From assembly GCF_036971445.1 (NCBI RefSeq), contig NC_091470.1, positions 187,302,001-187,366,000 on the forward strand: a stretch of 64,000 nucleotides of DNA, given 5' to 3'. The stretch is from Narcine bancroftii (taxonomy: Eukaryota). The stretch's first letter is position 1; each line of letters starts with the position of its first letter. The notes below the pieces were generated by a model. It was not told where the DNA came from, made no database searches, and worked only from the letters and a program-made list of their open reading frames with translations. Shown here piece after piece: positions 63,301 to 64,000 of this stretch. Made by a program: the position numbers and the translations under genes.

Positions 63301-64000
63301 TTGGATGGCACAGACTCACTGGACGAAGTGGCCTGTTACTGTGCTGTTAGTCAAAATCTTATTTAAAACTTGGTGGTTTCTCTCCCCACAGATGCTGTCC
63401 CACCTGCTTTTCCGGTTTCAGACTTCTTCTTACTGTTCTCTGATCACCACAGTTTGAGCTTCAAAACACTTCTCTCTCAGGCTCTTCCACCAGTGGCCCT
63501 TTCATCTGAGCCCTTTGGTCACTCATTCTCACCATTGAGATTCTTTCAATCAATCAGAACAGTTCACAATACTAGGCCATAACCTGTGAAACCTTCTCCG
63601 CTCCCGTCAATTTACTGAAACCTCTTGGTGACATTTGAGAAGGGTGGGGATGAGTAATGGAAGCTCCCTCTATATGTATGTGGAGTAAACCAGGAAAATC
63701 CACAGACACTATGGCTGAATGAAAACACGATGCTGTAGAAACTCAGCAGGTGAAACTGTGTCCTTTGTACAAATTTCTAAATTGACAGAACAGTAACAGG
63801 CCATTTTGGTCAGTGTCACCCAATTAACTTACACCACAGTACAGTACATTTTGAACGGTGGGAGGAAACCAGAGCCCCTGGGGAAAACCCACGCACACAC
63901 AGGGAGAACGTGCAAACTCCTTTCAGACAGCACGGGATTTGAAGCCCAGTCCCGACCACTGGCACTGGGGGAGGAGCACAGTCCCACAGGCAGGAGGTAA

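Overview
Vertebrate genomic DNA. The repeat landscape (HE1/V-SINE-type SINEs, CR1, Rex/Babar, Penelope, L1, hAT MITEs) points to a cartilaginous fish, probably a ray; this is inferred, not confirmed. The window holds part of an MHC class III-type EHMT2-ZBTB12 block. On the minus strand are the first seven coding exons of EHMT2 (G9a), which continues off the left edge. On the plus strand are two complete single-coding-exon ZBTB12-like BTB/C2H2 genes, plus the apparent promoter and non-coding first exon of a possible third copy. The main observation is in G9a: the region carrying the single histone-H3-mimic automethylation site (human VHRARKT) is followed by three extra phase-0 exons, each a diverged copy carrying ARKS. 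This predicts a G9a with four H3K9-identical ARKS motifs whose number could be tuned by splicing. Also notable are an ORF1-only L1 with ORF2 internally deleted, a palindromic NRF1/YY1/splice-donor cassette, a fold-back Tc1 element and two long purine/pyrimidine-skewed tandem arrays. Homology calls come from recalled human protein sequences, not a database search. Repeat boundaries are approximate unless a TSD is quoted.
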